64,000 bases of DNA, taken from NCBI GenBank assembly GCA_964650255.1, contig CAZYQT010000001.1, positions 39,964-103,963 of the forward strand. Direction: 5' to 3'. The translations under genes and the position numbers were made by a program. The notes beneath the pieces are model-generated. The model did no database searches. It was not told where the DNA came from and saw only the letters and a list, made by a program, of their open reading frames with translations. How positions within the stretch are numbered: the first letter of the stretch is position 1; every line of letters starts with the position of its first letter. This document shows, one piece after another, positions 1 through 10,210 of this stretch. The DNA comes from an uncultured Candidatus Saccharibacteria bacterium (GTDB lineage Bacteria > Patescibacteriota > Doudnabacteria > UBA920).

Positions 1-1567
1 TGTTTTCTTCATAACCTTTACCATCTTTGCGCGGCACCTGCGCGGTTCCGGTTTTACCAGCAACATAATAGCCTGGCACTTGAGCCCGCTTACCATGGCC
101 GAGCTCAACCACATTCACCATCATCGCAGCAACCGTACTAGCAGTTTTTACACTAATTGGATTACCGACTTCCTTGGGCTGTGTTTCTTCAACCTTTCCG
201 CCAGTGCTAATCCGTGATTGCACCACAAATGGCCGCATCATTTTTCCACCATTAGCCAAAGCACCGTAAGCTTGAATCATTTGTAATGGCGTCACACTGA
301 TCCCCTGCCCGAAGCTAGCAGTGGCGTAGTTAACATCAATGTTACCGTTCAAATTTTCTAAATCTCCCTTTGCTTCTGCAACTTCAATTTCAGTCTTCTT
401 ACCAAACCCGAACCGCTCAATATATTCCTTAAACGTTTTGTTGCCAATTTGGTTTTTGGCAAAAATCATTCCAGTATTAAGTGACTCTTGCAATGCCTGC
501 GACATGGTTTGCAGTCCATGAGCTTTATGGTCTGAATTTTCAATAGTGTATGTACCAAGCGTCACAGAACCGGTGTCTGTGTAAGTAGTGTCCGGAGAAA
601 TTTTACCCTGATCAATGGCTGCGGCGAGTGTAATAGGTTTAAAAATGGATCCTGGTTCGTACGCCCCCAAAGTTGCTTGGTTGTTATAAATTGATGGATC
701 GTCAACTTTAGCATATTCATTAGGATCAAAGGTTGGATAAGTGGCCATGGCCTGAATCGCACCAGTTTTTGGATCCATTATAATCACACTGCCACTGTCA
801 GCCTGATTGTGTTCAACTGCTTCTTTTAAAACCTTTTCGGCTTTGAACTGTATCGTCTTGTCGATGGTAAGCAAAATTGTATCGCCGTTTTTGGCCGCAA
901 CTTTGTCGCGCTTAGCTCCAAAAATCCAAGCTCCGCTTGCTGAGCCTTCTTGAGCCACACTACCCGCTGAGCCGGTTAAATAATTATTAAAGGCTTGTTC
1001 AATTCCATATAAACCAGTTTTGGTTGTACCACTGTCGCCCTTATAGCCCACAAAGCCTAACAACTGGCTTAGAAATGCACTTTCTGGATAGAACCGGATT
1101 GTTTCTGTGTCGAACGCAATCCCAGCCAAGTGAAGATCTTCGATTTTTTTCTTATCTTCATCGGTTAACTGACGCTTAAGTGGGACATACTTCTTGTTGT
1201 TGTCGGAAGTTTTATCTAAAATTTCTTGCTCCGTTAAACCCAAAATTGGTGCCAAAGCTTTTGCAGCACCTTCTCTGTCTGTCATGGAACCCGGGATTGC
1301 ATACACCAAAGGTTTTTCAATAGATGTTGCAACTGTATATGGCTGGCCACTAAATTTATCTGCGATTTGGATTTCACCTCGAGCTGGTTCGATTGTACGC
1401 ACACTCGTTCGCTGACTATCAGCTTGAACTTTGAATTCATTCCCCCGAGCCAATTGCAAATGAGCTAATCTTGCCACAATCGCTGCAAATGACAGAAATA
1501 AAAGAACAGTCATCAAGACCATTCGTTTACGAAACACTTTTTCTAATGAATATCCTCGAGGAGCCAT
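1..1567 (-). CDS. ftsI: Class B penicillin-binding protein (FtsI/PBP3-like), 3' end runs off the window
   Basis: Not in the ORF track. Manual translation from ATG 1567 gives MAPRGYSLEKVFRKRMVLMTVLLFLSFAAIVARL (TM anchor), EPGSIFKP (SxxK) and in-frame AGKTGTAQ (KTG); lies downstream of mraZ-rsmH. Confidence 0.88.
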   Translation of the reverse strand, partial: MAPRGYSLEKVFRKRMVLMTVLLFLSFAAIVARLAHLQLARGNEFKVQADSQRTSVRTIEPARGEIQIADKFSGQPYTVATSIEKPLVYAIPGSMTDREGAAKALAPILGLTEQEILDKTSDNNKKYVPLKRQLTDEDKKKIEDLHLAGIAFDTETIRFYPESAFLSQLLGFVGYKGDSGTTKTGLYGIEQAFNNYLTGSAGSVAQEGSASGAWIFGAKRDKVAAKNGDTILLTIDKTIQFKAEKVLKEAVEHNQADSGSVIIMDPKTGAIQAMATYPTFDPNEYAKVDDPSIYNNQATLGAYEPGSIFKPITLAAAIDQGKISPDTTYTDTGSVTLGTYTIENSDHKAHGLQTMSQALQESLNTGMIFAKNQIGNKTFKEYIERFGFGKKTEIEVAEAKGDLENLNGNIDVNYATASFGQGISVTPLQMIQAYGALANGGKMMRPFVVQSRISTGGKVEETQPKEVGNPISVKTASTVAAMMVNVVELGHGKRAQVPGYYVAGKTGTAQVPRKDGKGYEEN

Positions 1568-1590
1568 GTGTTTTGATTCTTTGTGGTGAA

Positions 1591-2016
1591 TTACCGCGCG
1601 CTTAACTGATTAGCTGTTAAAAATTCTTCCCCAGACACTGGGACCATTCCAGAAGTAGCAGCAACATCATTCACTTTAACAATGGAACCAAGCGCTGCTT
1701 GCTGAACGACCAACCGTTTCTGTGTTTCCAGAAGTTCTTCGATTGCAGCCTGCTCCTTCTTTAACTCGTAACCTTTAGAGACGGAAGCATTGATAGTATA
1801 AATATAAAAGCCTAAACCAAGGACAATTAAGGCCAAACCCATTATACTGGTGCGGCTAACCCAAGTTTGAGGCTGAACTCTACTGCGACCTGTCGTAGCT
1901 GCCGCGCTGTAAGCACGACCATAAGCTGAAGTGGTTCGTGGCACAACTTTACTCGTCTTAGTTACAGAAGTAATGCTTGGAATAAAGGTTGATAATGTAA
2001 AGGCTTTGGAAGTCAT
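1591..2016 (-). CDS. FtsL-like bitopic cell division protein
   Basis: Single TM helix followed by a coiled coil; position between rsmH and ftsI. Confidence 0.6.
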   Translation of the reverse strand: MTSKAFTLSTFIPSITSVTKTSKVVPRTTSAYGRAYSAAATTGRSRVQPQTWVSRTSIMGLALIVLGLGFYIYTINASVSKGYELKKEQAAIEELLETQKRLVVQQAALGSIVKVNDVAATSGMVPVSGEEFLTANQLSAR

Positions 2017-2062
2017 TTTTATTTTGATTTTAGATTTAATTTAGAAAATATTTATAAAAGTT

Positions 2063-3028
2063 TTAGAGTTTTCTGATGGCTCGGAGCTTGGCGGATTGAC
2101 TCCGGGAGTTTTTAGTTACCTCGGCTGCGTCCGCGGTTATGGCTTTTTTAGTAAGTAATTCAGCCTGCGGAGTTTGGCCACAAATACATATTGGAAATTC
2201 TTTTGGACAAATACAGCCAGTAGCGGCTTTGGCAAAGAATTCCTTTACCATTCTGTCCTCAAGGGAATGAAACGAAACGATAACCATACTGCCGCCGGGC
2301 TTAACTAGGTCGAGAGCTTTGGGCAAAAATGTTTCCAAATTCTCGAGCTCGTGGTTTACGGCTACCCGCAAAGCTTGGAAAATCCTGCGAGCGCTATCTT
2401 GCCACTTATGCTGCACTGGTTTTGGTAAAGCTTTCTGAATAATTTCTGCCAAATCTGTGGTGTAGTGAAGTGGTTTTTCTTCCCGCGCGCGTACTATGGC
2501 TTTAGCAATTCGGAAACTTTCTTTTTCTTCGCCATAGTCTGTAAATATGCGCGTGAGTTGCGCTTCTGAGTATTCATTGAGCATGAAGCGGGCGTCATCT
2601 TCTTGAGAAGAAAGGTCAAAACGCATATCTAGCGGTTCTTTCTTCTGAAAAGTAATTCCCCTTTCTGCCTGATCAAGCTGGAAACTGGAGAGACCGATAT
2701 CTGCCACAATTCCATCAATAGCATTTAAACCATAGAAGTCTTTGTGGTGCTCGAGCACTTTATCAATTTGAGCAAAGTTACTATGAGCTAATACCAATTG
2801 ATGAGCTTCAATCTCTTTCGCAAAGTTTTGTGAAGCGTTATCAATTGCGGCTTTGTCCATATCAATGGAAAGCACTTTTCCATCTTTACCAACAGCTTTA
2901 AGCAGTTCTGCAGTATATCCCCCACCACCTAAAGTAGCATCAACATAACGCTGCCCAGGCTGAGGATTTAAAAATGTTATCGCTTGTTGTAAAAGTACTG
3001 GGATGTGGGAGTAATCTGCTTGTGGCAT
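2063..3028 (-). CDS. rsmH: 16S rRNA m4C1402 methyltransferase RsmH
   Basis: HIPVLL, DATLGGGG, DIGLSSFQLD, SFHSLEDR, SAKLR motifs. Confidence 0.97.
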   Translation of the reverse strand: MPQADYSHIPVLLQQAITFLNPQPGQRYVDATLGGGGYTAELLKAVGKDGKVLSIDMDKAAIDNASQNFAKEIEAHQLVLAHSNFAQIDKVLEHHKDFYGLNAIDGIVADIGLSSFQLDQAERGITFQKKEPLDMRFDLSSQEDDARFMLNEYSEAQLTRIFTDYGEEKESFRIAKAIVRAREEKPLHYTTDLAEIIQKALPKPVQHKWQDSARRIFQALRVAVNHELENLETFLPKALDLVKPGGSMVIVSFHSLEDRMVKEFFAKAATGCICPKEFPICICGQTPQAELLTKKAITADAAEVTKNSRSQSAKLRAIRKL

Positions 3029-3029
3029 A

Positions 3030-3464
3030 TTAAACTCCTAAATCCCCGAGTTGCTCAGCAATCTGATTGCTGTTTTTTTCTGTTTGTGTCTTGTACTTAG
3101 CCCAGAGTTCATCACTCCAGATTTCAACGCGATTGTAGAGGCCGGCATAAACCAACTTCTTTTTGATTTTCGCGAATTCTTTCAAGTACCCTGGCAGGAC
3201 AATACGGCCTTGCTTATCGATGTCGCAATCCATTGCTCCTGCAAGCATCAGACGGGAAAAAGCTCTCGTGTTAGCTGTAGAAATCGGGAGACTAGCCAGT
3301 TTCTCAGCGAGCTTTTTCCATTCGTCTAATGTATACAGAACCAAGGAATTATCTAGGCCCCGTGTTACAACGACTTGGTTTTTTGAAATAGCCAAGCGGA
3401 ATTTCTTTGGGATGCTGATGCGCGCCTTGTCATCAATTGTTCCGTTGTATTCACCAATAAACAT
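3030..3464 (-). CDS. mraZ: Transcriptional regulator MraZ
   Basis: MFIGEY..IDDKARISIP, DKQGRI, RVEIW. Confidence 0.97.
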   Translation of the reverse strand: MFIGEYNGTIDDKARISIPKKFRLAISKNQVVVTRGLDNSLVLYTLDEWKKLAEKLASLPISTANTRAFSRLMLAGAMDCDIDKQGRIVLPGYLKEFAKIKKKLVYAGLYNRVEIWSDELWAKYKTQTEKNSNQIAEQLGDLGV

Positions 3465-3515
3465 TACTATTTCCTAGTATTTCTTAAAGATTAGAATCCT
3501 GCAGTAGTAGCTTAT

Positions 3516-3583
3516 CCACTTGTCCACCCACTTATCCCCACTTCATACCACTTCTTGCCACTACTCAGTAATTATATCCCACT
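3516..3583 (-). promoter_or_regulatory. MraZ operator repeats and -10 box of the dcw promoter
   Basis: AGTGG (CCACT on +) at 3528, 3538, 3548, 3558 in exact 10-bp phase, plus 3516 and 3579; TATAAT at 3571-3576 on -. Confidence 0.75.
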
Positions 3584-3625
3584 ATACCCCATGAAGCAAT
3601 GCGAAGTGAAACACTGACAAACAAA

Positions 3626-3651
3626 AAAACCCTTTTGTTTGAAAGGGTTTT
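3626..3651 (-). terminator. Intrinsic terminator after the TrmH-family gene
   Basis: AAAACCCTTT...AAAGGGTTTT inverted repeat with adjacent A/T run. Confidence 0.65.
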
Positions 3652-3740
3652 CGCATGTGGAACAGAAGTGGGATGAGTTATCCCCGAATCACCTATTTTC
3701 TAGTTAAGTGTTGTTAAGTTAAGTGAATTAATCATCTATA

Positions 3741-4217
3741 TTAATTTCTAAGGCCATACAAAGCTATGCCACACGCCACGGAAACATTCAAGCTTTCCTT
3801 TTTGCCTTGCATGGGAATCTCAATGATATCATCAACTAATTCTAAAGTTTTCTTAGTGTGACCTTTGGTTTCTTCGCCTAAAATTAAAACCATGGGAAAT
3901 TTTGCTTTGTAGTTCCTAAGTGATGTGATTTTGTAATTCACATTATTTTCCAAAGCAACGATTCGCACTTTATCCTTGCGCAGCTTATTGATAAGCCTAG
4001 TTAACGACTTCGCCTGCTCCCAAGGCACAAACTCCTGGGCACCCAAAGCTACCTTGGCGATTTTATTAGCATTGTTCCCTATCGGTGCGCCAGTGTAGCC
4101 AGTTAAATATAATTTATCCACCCCAAAAGTGTCGCAAGCGCGAAAAATTGATCCAACATTGTAGAGCGACCGAATGTTGTGAGCAATAACGAAAAGATGT
4201 TTATTCTTGGTCGACAT
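3741..4217 (-). CDS. SpoU/TrmH-family RNA methyltransferase
   Basis: HNIRSLYNVGSIFR, LGEETKG, IPMQGKKESLNVSVA. Confidence 0.92.
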   Translation of the reverse strand: MSTKNKHLFVIAHNIRSLYNVGSIFRACDTFGVDKLYLTGYTGAPIGNNANKIAKVALGAQEFVPWEQAKSLTRLINKLRKDKVRIVALENNVNYKITSLRNYKAKFPMVLILGEETKGHTKKTLELVDDIIEIPMQGKKESLNVSVACGIALYGLRN

Positions 4218-5085
4218 CCATCATCTTTCTTAACGCTGGCTCAAGCATTACTAAATGACTGGCCCCAAAAACAATATAAATTTTATTATGAGTTTTCAAA
4301 GCCTCTTCAATTTCATGAATAATATGACGGTCTCTCGCCAAATTTCTAAGCTGCGCAGCTGCTCTTAACCCATTCCACTGCTGATCTGGCCATGGAATTG
4401 GGTCTGCACACTGTTTTATGGTTTCTTTATCTTCTAGATCAAACTCCTTGCCAGTGCTCTCCTTCAAAATCCGCTTAAAATTATCCATGGAAAAATCGAA
4501 ACCTTCCCACCCAAATTCAATTTTTACTCTTTCTAGCCACCCGCTAATATATTCATCAAAGGACGGTTTATCTGTCAGCCAATTATACTGATGAATAAGT
4601 GTTGCGATTTCCTCAGCAAAAATCTGTTCTTTGGTGGCACCGCGCTCCAAGGCATAGTTATTCAGATCCGCGCGACTAGGCTCGGGAGATTGTACCTCAA
4701 TACCACTTTCAATGGCTAAAGAAGCTAAATAAGCATTTTCACCATGCCTTTTTAAAATGTCTTCAGCAGATACAGTGGCATTTGTCCGGTGCGCTTCTTT
4801 TTCTTCATCAGATATAGTATTAATAGCTTCAAGGCCTTCAATCAAAATCAGATCAGGGTGTAAATTTTTAACATCCTCGGCAATGACTTTAAAAGCCGGG
4901 TTATCGGGGTTTGAAAAATGGCCTGACCCATACGCAATTAGTGCCTTACCATCTTTTGCTAACTCATACCGGTGAGGCAATTTACGGTTGGTTAAGTCAG
5001 CATATTCCTGAGCAGTCATGATGTCATCAGCAAAATCATGACTAACTCTAAAATCCGCCCCAGAAATTTCTCTATTTTTTTCCAT
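4201..5085 (-). CDS. Hypothetical protein
   Basis: 294-aa ORF coupled to both neighbours; ends with RD..I / GASH, reminiscent of TraB/Tiki-like folds. Confidence 0.6.
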   Translation of the reverse strand: MEKNREISGADFRVSHDFADDIMTAQEYADLTNRKLPHRYELAKDGKALIAYGSGHFSNPDNPAFKVIAEDVKNLHPDLILIEGLEAINTISDEEKEAHRTNATVSAEDILKRHGENAYLASLAIESGIEVQSPEPSRADLNNYALERGATKEQIFAEEIATLIHQYNWLTDKPSFDEYISGWLERVKIEFGWEGFDFSMDNFKRILKESTGKEFDLEDKETIKQCADPIPWPDQQWNGLRAAAQLRNLARDRHIIHEIEEALKTHNKIYIVFGASHLVMLEPALRKMMDVDQE

Positions 5086-5623
5086 ATTTGCTCCTTTGAT
5101 AAATCACTAATCCAATATACACCAAAACCAGCAAGCTGTAATTAATGGCCATGTATACCGGATGAGCCCAGGATACACCGTGCGTGAAGCGCGCATCTGA
5201 CAATGGGAACAAGAAAGGTGTGTCGTAAAATCCCTTGTGCGATGGGATATCGATAAAAATATGCAGTACCCAACCTAGTAACGGCCAAAACACCCACCAA
5301 TTAAATTGCTTGGTTTTGGAGTACCTATAAATCATTCCAATTACAGCAACGAGCAAAAATACTGCAGCAAAAATTACCAAGCTATGAGTGTAATTATAGG
5401 CGTGTTCTGCAAAGGCAACAGTCCAATTTTTAACTGGAATGTTTTTTGGAAACCTATCAGTAAAAATCTTCCCTGTAAAAATTAAATACACGAATAACGG
5501 TGTAAAGCCCACCAGATCTGGTGCTACGCCAAAAAATGCGGCTAAGTACCGCATTTTTCTTTTTGAATGATACTTAGCGTGAAAGACTGCGTTTGTCCAC
5601 AGTGTATGGGCCAGTACGTCCAT
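5072..5623 (-). CDS. Membrane protein, putative metal-dependent hydrolase (YdjM-like)
   Basis: AH, APD, THS, LHIFID motifs with TM helices. Confidence 0.65.
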   Translation of the reverse strand: MDVLAHTLWTNAVFHAKYHSKRKMRYLAAFFGVAPDLVGFTPLFVYLIFTGKIFTDRFPKNIPVKNWTVAFAEHAYNYTHSLVIFAAVFLLVAVIGMIYRYSKTKQFNWWVFWPLLGWVLHIFIDIPSHKGFYDTPFLFPLSDARFTHGVSWAHPVYMAINYSLLVLVYIGLVIYQRSKYGKK

Positions 5624-5628
5624 GCAGA

Positions 5629-6015
5629 TTAGTTACTTGGCTTTGGGTCACGAGCCAAGACTTCTTTTACTTTAGCAATTATCTGGTCGATGGTCTGCTC
5701 GCTCTTCAATAAATAATCCATAATTCCAGCTTCCATGATTTTGCTTACTGTATCTGGGTCGGAAAGATTAGTTAACATTACTACGGGAATTTTTGCGAGT
5801 TCTGGGTCAGCCTTCATTTCCCAAGCCACTCCAAAGCCATCTAGTTTTGGCATCATAATATCCAACAGAACCAAGTCTGGCTTTATCTCCCGCATCTTGG
5901 CCATGGCTTCTTCGCCATCGTAAGCTGGGGTTGCTTCGAATCCAGCCCCATTGAAACCTTCAATTAGAGCAGCGGAAATTAACTTGTCATCTTCAGCGCA
6001 AATGATTTTTGTCAT
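5629..6015 (-). CDS. Stand-alone response regulator receiver
   Basis: AEDD, LLDIMMPKLDG, LTN, YLLK; likely start ATG 6015; no output domain. Confidence 0.92.
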   Translation of the reverse strand: MTKIICAEDDKLISAALIEGFNGAGFEATPAYDGEEAMAKMREIKPDLVLLDIMMPKLDGFGVAWEMKADPELAKIPVVMLTNLSDPDTVSKIMEAGIMDYLLKSEQTIDQIIAKVKEVLARDPKPSN

Positions 6016-6043
6016 ATTGATATTATAAGCTTTTTTGGAAAAG

Positions 6044-8037
6044 TTATCCACCCTTAGCGGAATCACTTTTAACCTTGTTCAAGACCAATTCAATAAGATC
6101 GGGGTGAAGAAATTCTAATTTCACCTTGCGGTCAGACATAAAATCTTTTAACCATTGGTGGCGAACGACTTCGTCAGCATAAAATTTTATCGCATTATCT
6201 ATCTGCTGTCTCTTTAAACCATATTTCTCCTGAATAGTACCTCTTGCCATCCACCCCTTGGGAGCTGGCTCTGCAGCAGTACTTTTCTTTTCTATTGCTT
6301 TCACTAAATCTGGGTGGAAATACTCCGCTTCATTACCTTTGGGTTTAAAGAATTTTTTAAACTTACCTGCATAGAATTTATTGTTCCTGTATTTTTTTAA
6401 CTCCGTCAGGATAAAACTCCTACCAACATCAAAATTTTTTTCCATTTCGGAAATAGATAACCACCCTTCAGGTATTGTACTCTTCGATTGAATGTCCGCA
6501 ATAATTTTTTCTACCAAAGCTGGGGCAAAAAACTCTGACAAAAATTATTAGTGTTGGCGTAATTTTTAAAATACTCCGGATTTGTTGATCTATACTTATT
6601 AGCTATTGCTTGAAGGGCGCTTTCTCTACCTTTAAACTGCTTGGCCAAATCTGCTCGACTCTTCCACCCCTCTGGGGGCCTTTCATAAGAATTTACTTCT
6701 GCAATAATTTTCGCTACTAAATCAGGATGATAATAGTCATGGGTTTGATTGTTTTTCCCGTAATAATTTTGAATCCACTCTGGATTGTCTGAGGCCAATC
6801 TTTTGGCCATATTCCGGAACCTTTCATGATTCTGAATATCAAGCTGATCAGCTAATTGGGAAACAGTCCTCCACCCCTCCGGAGCATATTTACGGTTTTT
6901 GTGTTGATTAATTAATGTCTTAACTAAATCTGGATGCAAAAATTCTTCCACCCTTTTAATCTTTGGAATCAGATAATCATTAAACCACTCAGGATTATTT
7001 TCGCGATAAGGCTTAACAATTTTTTCTACAGTATGCAGTGCCATCCCTGTTTCTGACTGGATTCCTGTTTTAGTCACCCAACCTTTAGGCGCTTCTTCAA
7101 TTGGTAATAATCTCTCAACTAATTTAGCTACAAAATCAGGATGGAAATACTCAAATGCCCTACTATTGGTAGGATTTTTAAAAGTCTTTATCCAATCATC
7201 TGAAATACCTTCAGCCTTAAACTTCCCAATTAGTTTGCTAACCGTCCAAGAGGTCACTCCTGCCCTATCAGCAATACTAGCCGTAGTGAGCCAATCTGGG
7301 GGAGCAAACTCCAAATTTTGGTTCTCAATTGGTTTTTGCTCTACCGGTTTGACAATTGGTGATTTCAATTGCAGGGCATCCTTAACCATTTCTTTCCATT
7401 GAGGTATATCTCTAAATCTTATCTTCTTAACATTGTTTTCTGGAAAACTGCTTAATTCAGATTTTGTTAAATTGATAAACTCAGAGTATTCCTGACCATC
7501 CTTTAAATAAATAATATATGTAGCATTCTCTGCTTCGTCGTTAACAAATACCGCTTTTCTAATATCAGTTATGTTATAGATATTGTAACCATTCGCTCGA
7601 ACCATATTTGGACTTAACACACCTTCTATAAGCTCATAATCTAAATCTAACTCAGAAAGCAATTCAACCAAAGTGCCATTCCTTGGCCAAAGTGCTTTCT
7701 TTTCGAACCCTGCACCAGCACCAGTTTTAAGCTCGCCCTCTCCCGAAGGTAAAATTACCTTATCAAGCTTAATAACCTTAGATGGTAACTTTAAAAAATT
7801 ACCACTTTCAATTTGGTAATCCATAAAGGCCTTAACATCAAAATGTTTAATTGAATCTCTTTGCTTATTTCTAGAGCCACCAACGCCATAAAAAGCCTCA
7901 GCGCCTAAGGCTTCAACCACATCTTCTAGGGATGTACCATTATCTAACAGCTCTCTTATTTGGGAGCTGACACGTTCTTTGTAGCTAGCCTTACGAGATT
8001 CCTGTGCTAAAAATTCTGAACTCAGGTGTTCTGACAT
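6044..8037 (-). CDS. Tandem-repeat protein (six ~68-aa PxGW...HPDLV repeats), split by a frameshift near 6540
   Basis: ORFs 6511-8037 and 6044-6541 carry the same repeat; repeat 4 continues across frames at a T5 run (A5 at 6540-6544 on +). Confidence 0.75.
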
Positions 8038-8048
8038 GGCATAGTATG

Positions 8049-9716
8049 TTAAACAAGCGGCAAACTAAAGCTGAAAGTTGAGCCCATATTTTCCCCAGCG
8101 CTTTCAGCCCAAATTTCGCCGCCGTGCGCTTCCACAATCCCCTTACTTACCACCAAACCCAGCCCTGTCCCCTTGCGAGTGGAGTCAAAACTCTTTAATT
8201 GTTTAAATTTAGAAAACAGCACACTCAAGTCTTCGCGACTCACGCCAATCCCAGAATCTTTAATTGTAATAACTGCCCGATTAGCTTTGGTTTCTACACT
8301 TAAATTAATTTCGACTTTGCCGCTATCCGTATATTTAATAGCATTGCTAAGCAAATTATTCATTACCTGCGAAATGCGAACTTTGTCGAAAGATAGCATT
8401 TGTTTTTCTGGACCAATATAGTTCAAAGCCAAGTGTTTGGCCTCTGCTTGCGGTTGATAGGTCTGCAGCTCATCTTTAATGCAGGCTACTATGTCGTTTT
8501 GCTGAGAGTTGATATCAAACTTGCCGGCTTCAATTTTGGCAACATCGAGTAAGTCATTCACCAGTTCCAGCATGTTTGTGGCAGCATCATCAATATGAGC
8601 AATACTCTCTTTTATTTTTGCTGGATCGGTCTGCGCTTTGGCATCGGCTAAACCTTTCATGAGTGACTCGCTAGACCAGCGCACGGCAGTAAGCGGCGCG
8701 CGCAGCTCATGCACCATCATTGCCGTGAATTCCTGGCGGAGCTTTTCCAAAGACTTTTCACTGGTGACATCGTGCAAAATTACCGCCACACCGCGGTGCA
8801 CACCGGTCTTGTCGCGCACTGGGGTTAAGGTAATATCCATCACCTTGTCGTGCAAATATACCTCAGCGATTGTTACGGGCATATTTTTTGCCAAGGCTTC
8901 ATCAATTTTAATGCGCAAATCCACCTTGCCAGCCAAAGCATCCATAATATCAAAGGTGGTCACATTTTTGTTCACTGGCAATTGCAACATGTCCACAACC
9001 GCCGGGTTGGAAATTACCAACTGATACTCCAAATCCACCATAAACACGCCGTCTGTCATTGCCGCAATAATGCCGGAAAGTTTGCCTTTTTCGTTCTCGA
9101 GCACGGCTTGCAGCTGAGATACTGCGAACGCCGCCTGATTAGTAATCGTATAAACTACACCAGCTTGATCTTTGCCAAACTGATTCGGGGTAGATGAGGA
9201 AATGTTAATCATTCCCAGCAGTTGTCCTTCGATAATGACAGGAATATTTAGAAAAGATTCCACGGATGTGCTAAGGCTGTCATCTAAAATTGCACCGCTC
9301 ATGCGTTCATCAATTTTTTCTAAAGACACCTCCTGATTACAAAGCGTGGCAGTAGCGGCTTGCATTTTTTCTTTGACCTGAGAGATGAACGCGTGATTTA
9401 CGCTGTGGTGGACGTGGCATTTAAAAACGATGTTTTTCGGATCAGCATAAAGCATGAACGACACGGTTTCATAATGCAACAAATAACCAATGCTGCCGGT
9501 AACAATTTCAATAATCTTACTAGTGTCGAGCGTGTAACCAAGGCGTTCGTTAATTTCTTGAAGCACCTGAATCTGGTACATGCGTTGCTGAAGCTCTCTG
9601 GACCTAGAACTAACCCCTTCGACTACGGCACGTTCTTGGCTACGTTTGCGAAAATAAAAACCCGCTACCACGCCAAGTAAAAGAAAATCTGCAATGAGTA
9701 AAATTACTATGGTCAT
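8049..9716 (-). CDS. Sensor histidine kinase (TM-GAF-PAS-HisKA-HATPase)
   Basis: HELRAPL, NLLSNAIKYT, DSGIG, GTGLGL. Confidence 0.95.
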   Translation of the reverse strand: MTIVILLIADFLLLGVVAGFYFRKRSQERAVVEGVSSRSRELQQRMYQIQVLQEINERLGYTLDTSKIIEIVTGSIGYLLHYETVSFMLYADPKNIVFKCHVHHSVNHAFISQVKEKMQAATATLCNQEVSLEKIDERMSGAILDDSLSTSVESFLNIPVIIEGQLLGMINISSSTPNQFGKDQAGVVYTITNQAAFAVSQLQAVLENEKGKLSGIIAAMTDGVFMVDLEYQLVISNPAVVDMLQLPVNKNVTTFDIMDALAGKVDLRIKIDEALAKNMPVTIAEVYLHDKVMDITLTPVRDKTGVHRGVAVILHDVTSEKSLEKLRQEFTAMMVHELRAPLTAVRWSSESLMKGLADAKAQTDPAKIKESIAHIDDAATNMLELVNDLLDVAKIEAGKFDINSQQNDIVACIKDELQTYQPQAEAKHLALNYIGPEKQMLSFDKVRISQVMNNLLSNAIKYTDSGKVEINLSVETKANRAVITIKDSGIGVSREDLSVLFSKFKQLKSFDSTRKGTGLGLVVSKGIVEAHGGEIWAESAGENMGSTFSFSLPLV

Positions 9717-10042
9717 TGACTGGTAGATTTATCAGTTAAGGTACAAACTAATTTGATGTTCGGAATTGGCTGATTGTATTCCAAAAAAATATCCGGATAA
9801 TTGTCCAGAAGTAAGCGGAATTGCAGAAGGGCCACTGGCTCAGACAGCTCTTGATACATGGCAATTAGCTTTTGTAAGACTGGCAGGGGTGCGGTGTTAA
9901 TGGCTGTGACTTCGCCGGTTTCTGAAACTTCCAAGCCTGGCACACTAGCAGCGATTTCTTTGGCAATGTTGGTACCAAAAATAACCATGTGCCGACGCAC
10001 TAGCTCGGTTAAAAACTTCTTATATGTTTGAATTGGAACCAT
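9713..10042 (-). CDS. Hypothetical protein coupled to the kinase
   Basis: 109-aa ORF with 4-bp overlap with the kinase start. Confidence 0.7.
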   Translation of the reverse strand: MVPIQTYKKFLTELVRRHMVIFGTNIAKEIAASVPGLEVSETGEVTAINTAPLPVLQKLIAMYQELSEPVALLQFRLLLDNYPDIFLEYNQPIPNIKLVCTLTDKSTSQ

Positions 10043-10090
10043 TTTGTTTTGGTGTCAATCTTGATGGGTGGTTGAAAATATATTACCACA

Positions 10091-10145
10091 TGGGTAGCAC
10101 TCCTCACTCGCCTAGCGGCTCGTTCGTGCGTTTGCGGACTACCCA
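10091..10145. repeat. REP-like intergenic stem-loop
   Basis: TGGGTAG...CTACCCA arms enclosing CACTCGCCTAGCGGCTCGTTCG. Confidence 0.4.
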
Positions 10146-10210
10146 CTTTGCCAATATATTTTCAACCAAATCTCAATTTATTATACCACAAATAGAAATA
10201 GTTAGCCAAA

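Noticed and set aside
3510-3690. DnaA-box-like words (TTATCCAC, TTATCCCC) suggesting oriC
   Set aside because: Imperfect, overlap the MraZ repeats, and no dnaA/dnaN nearby
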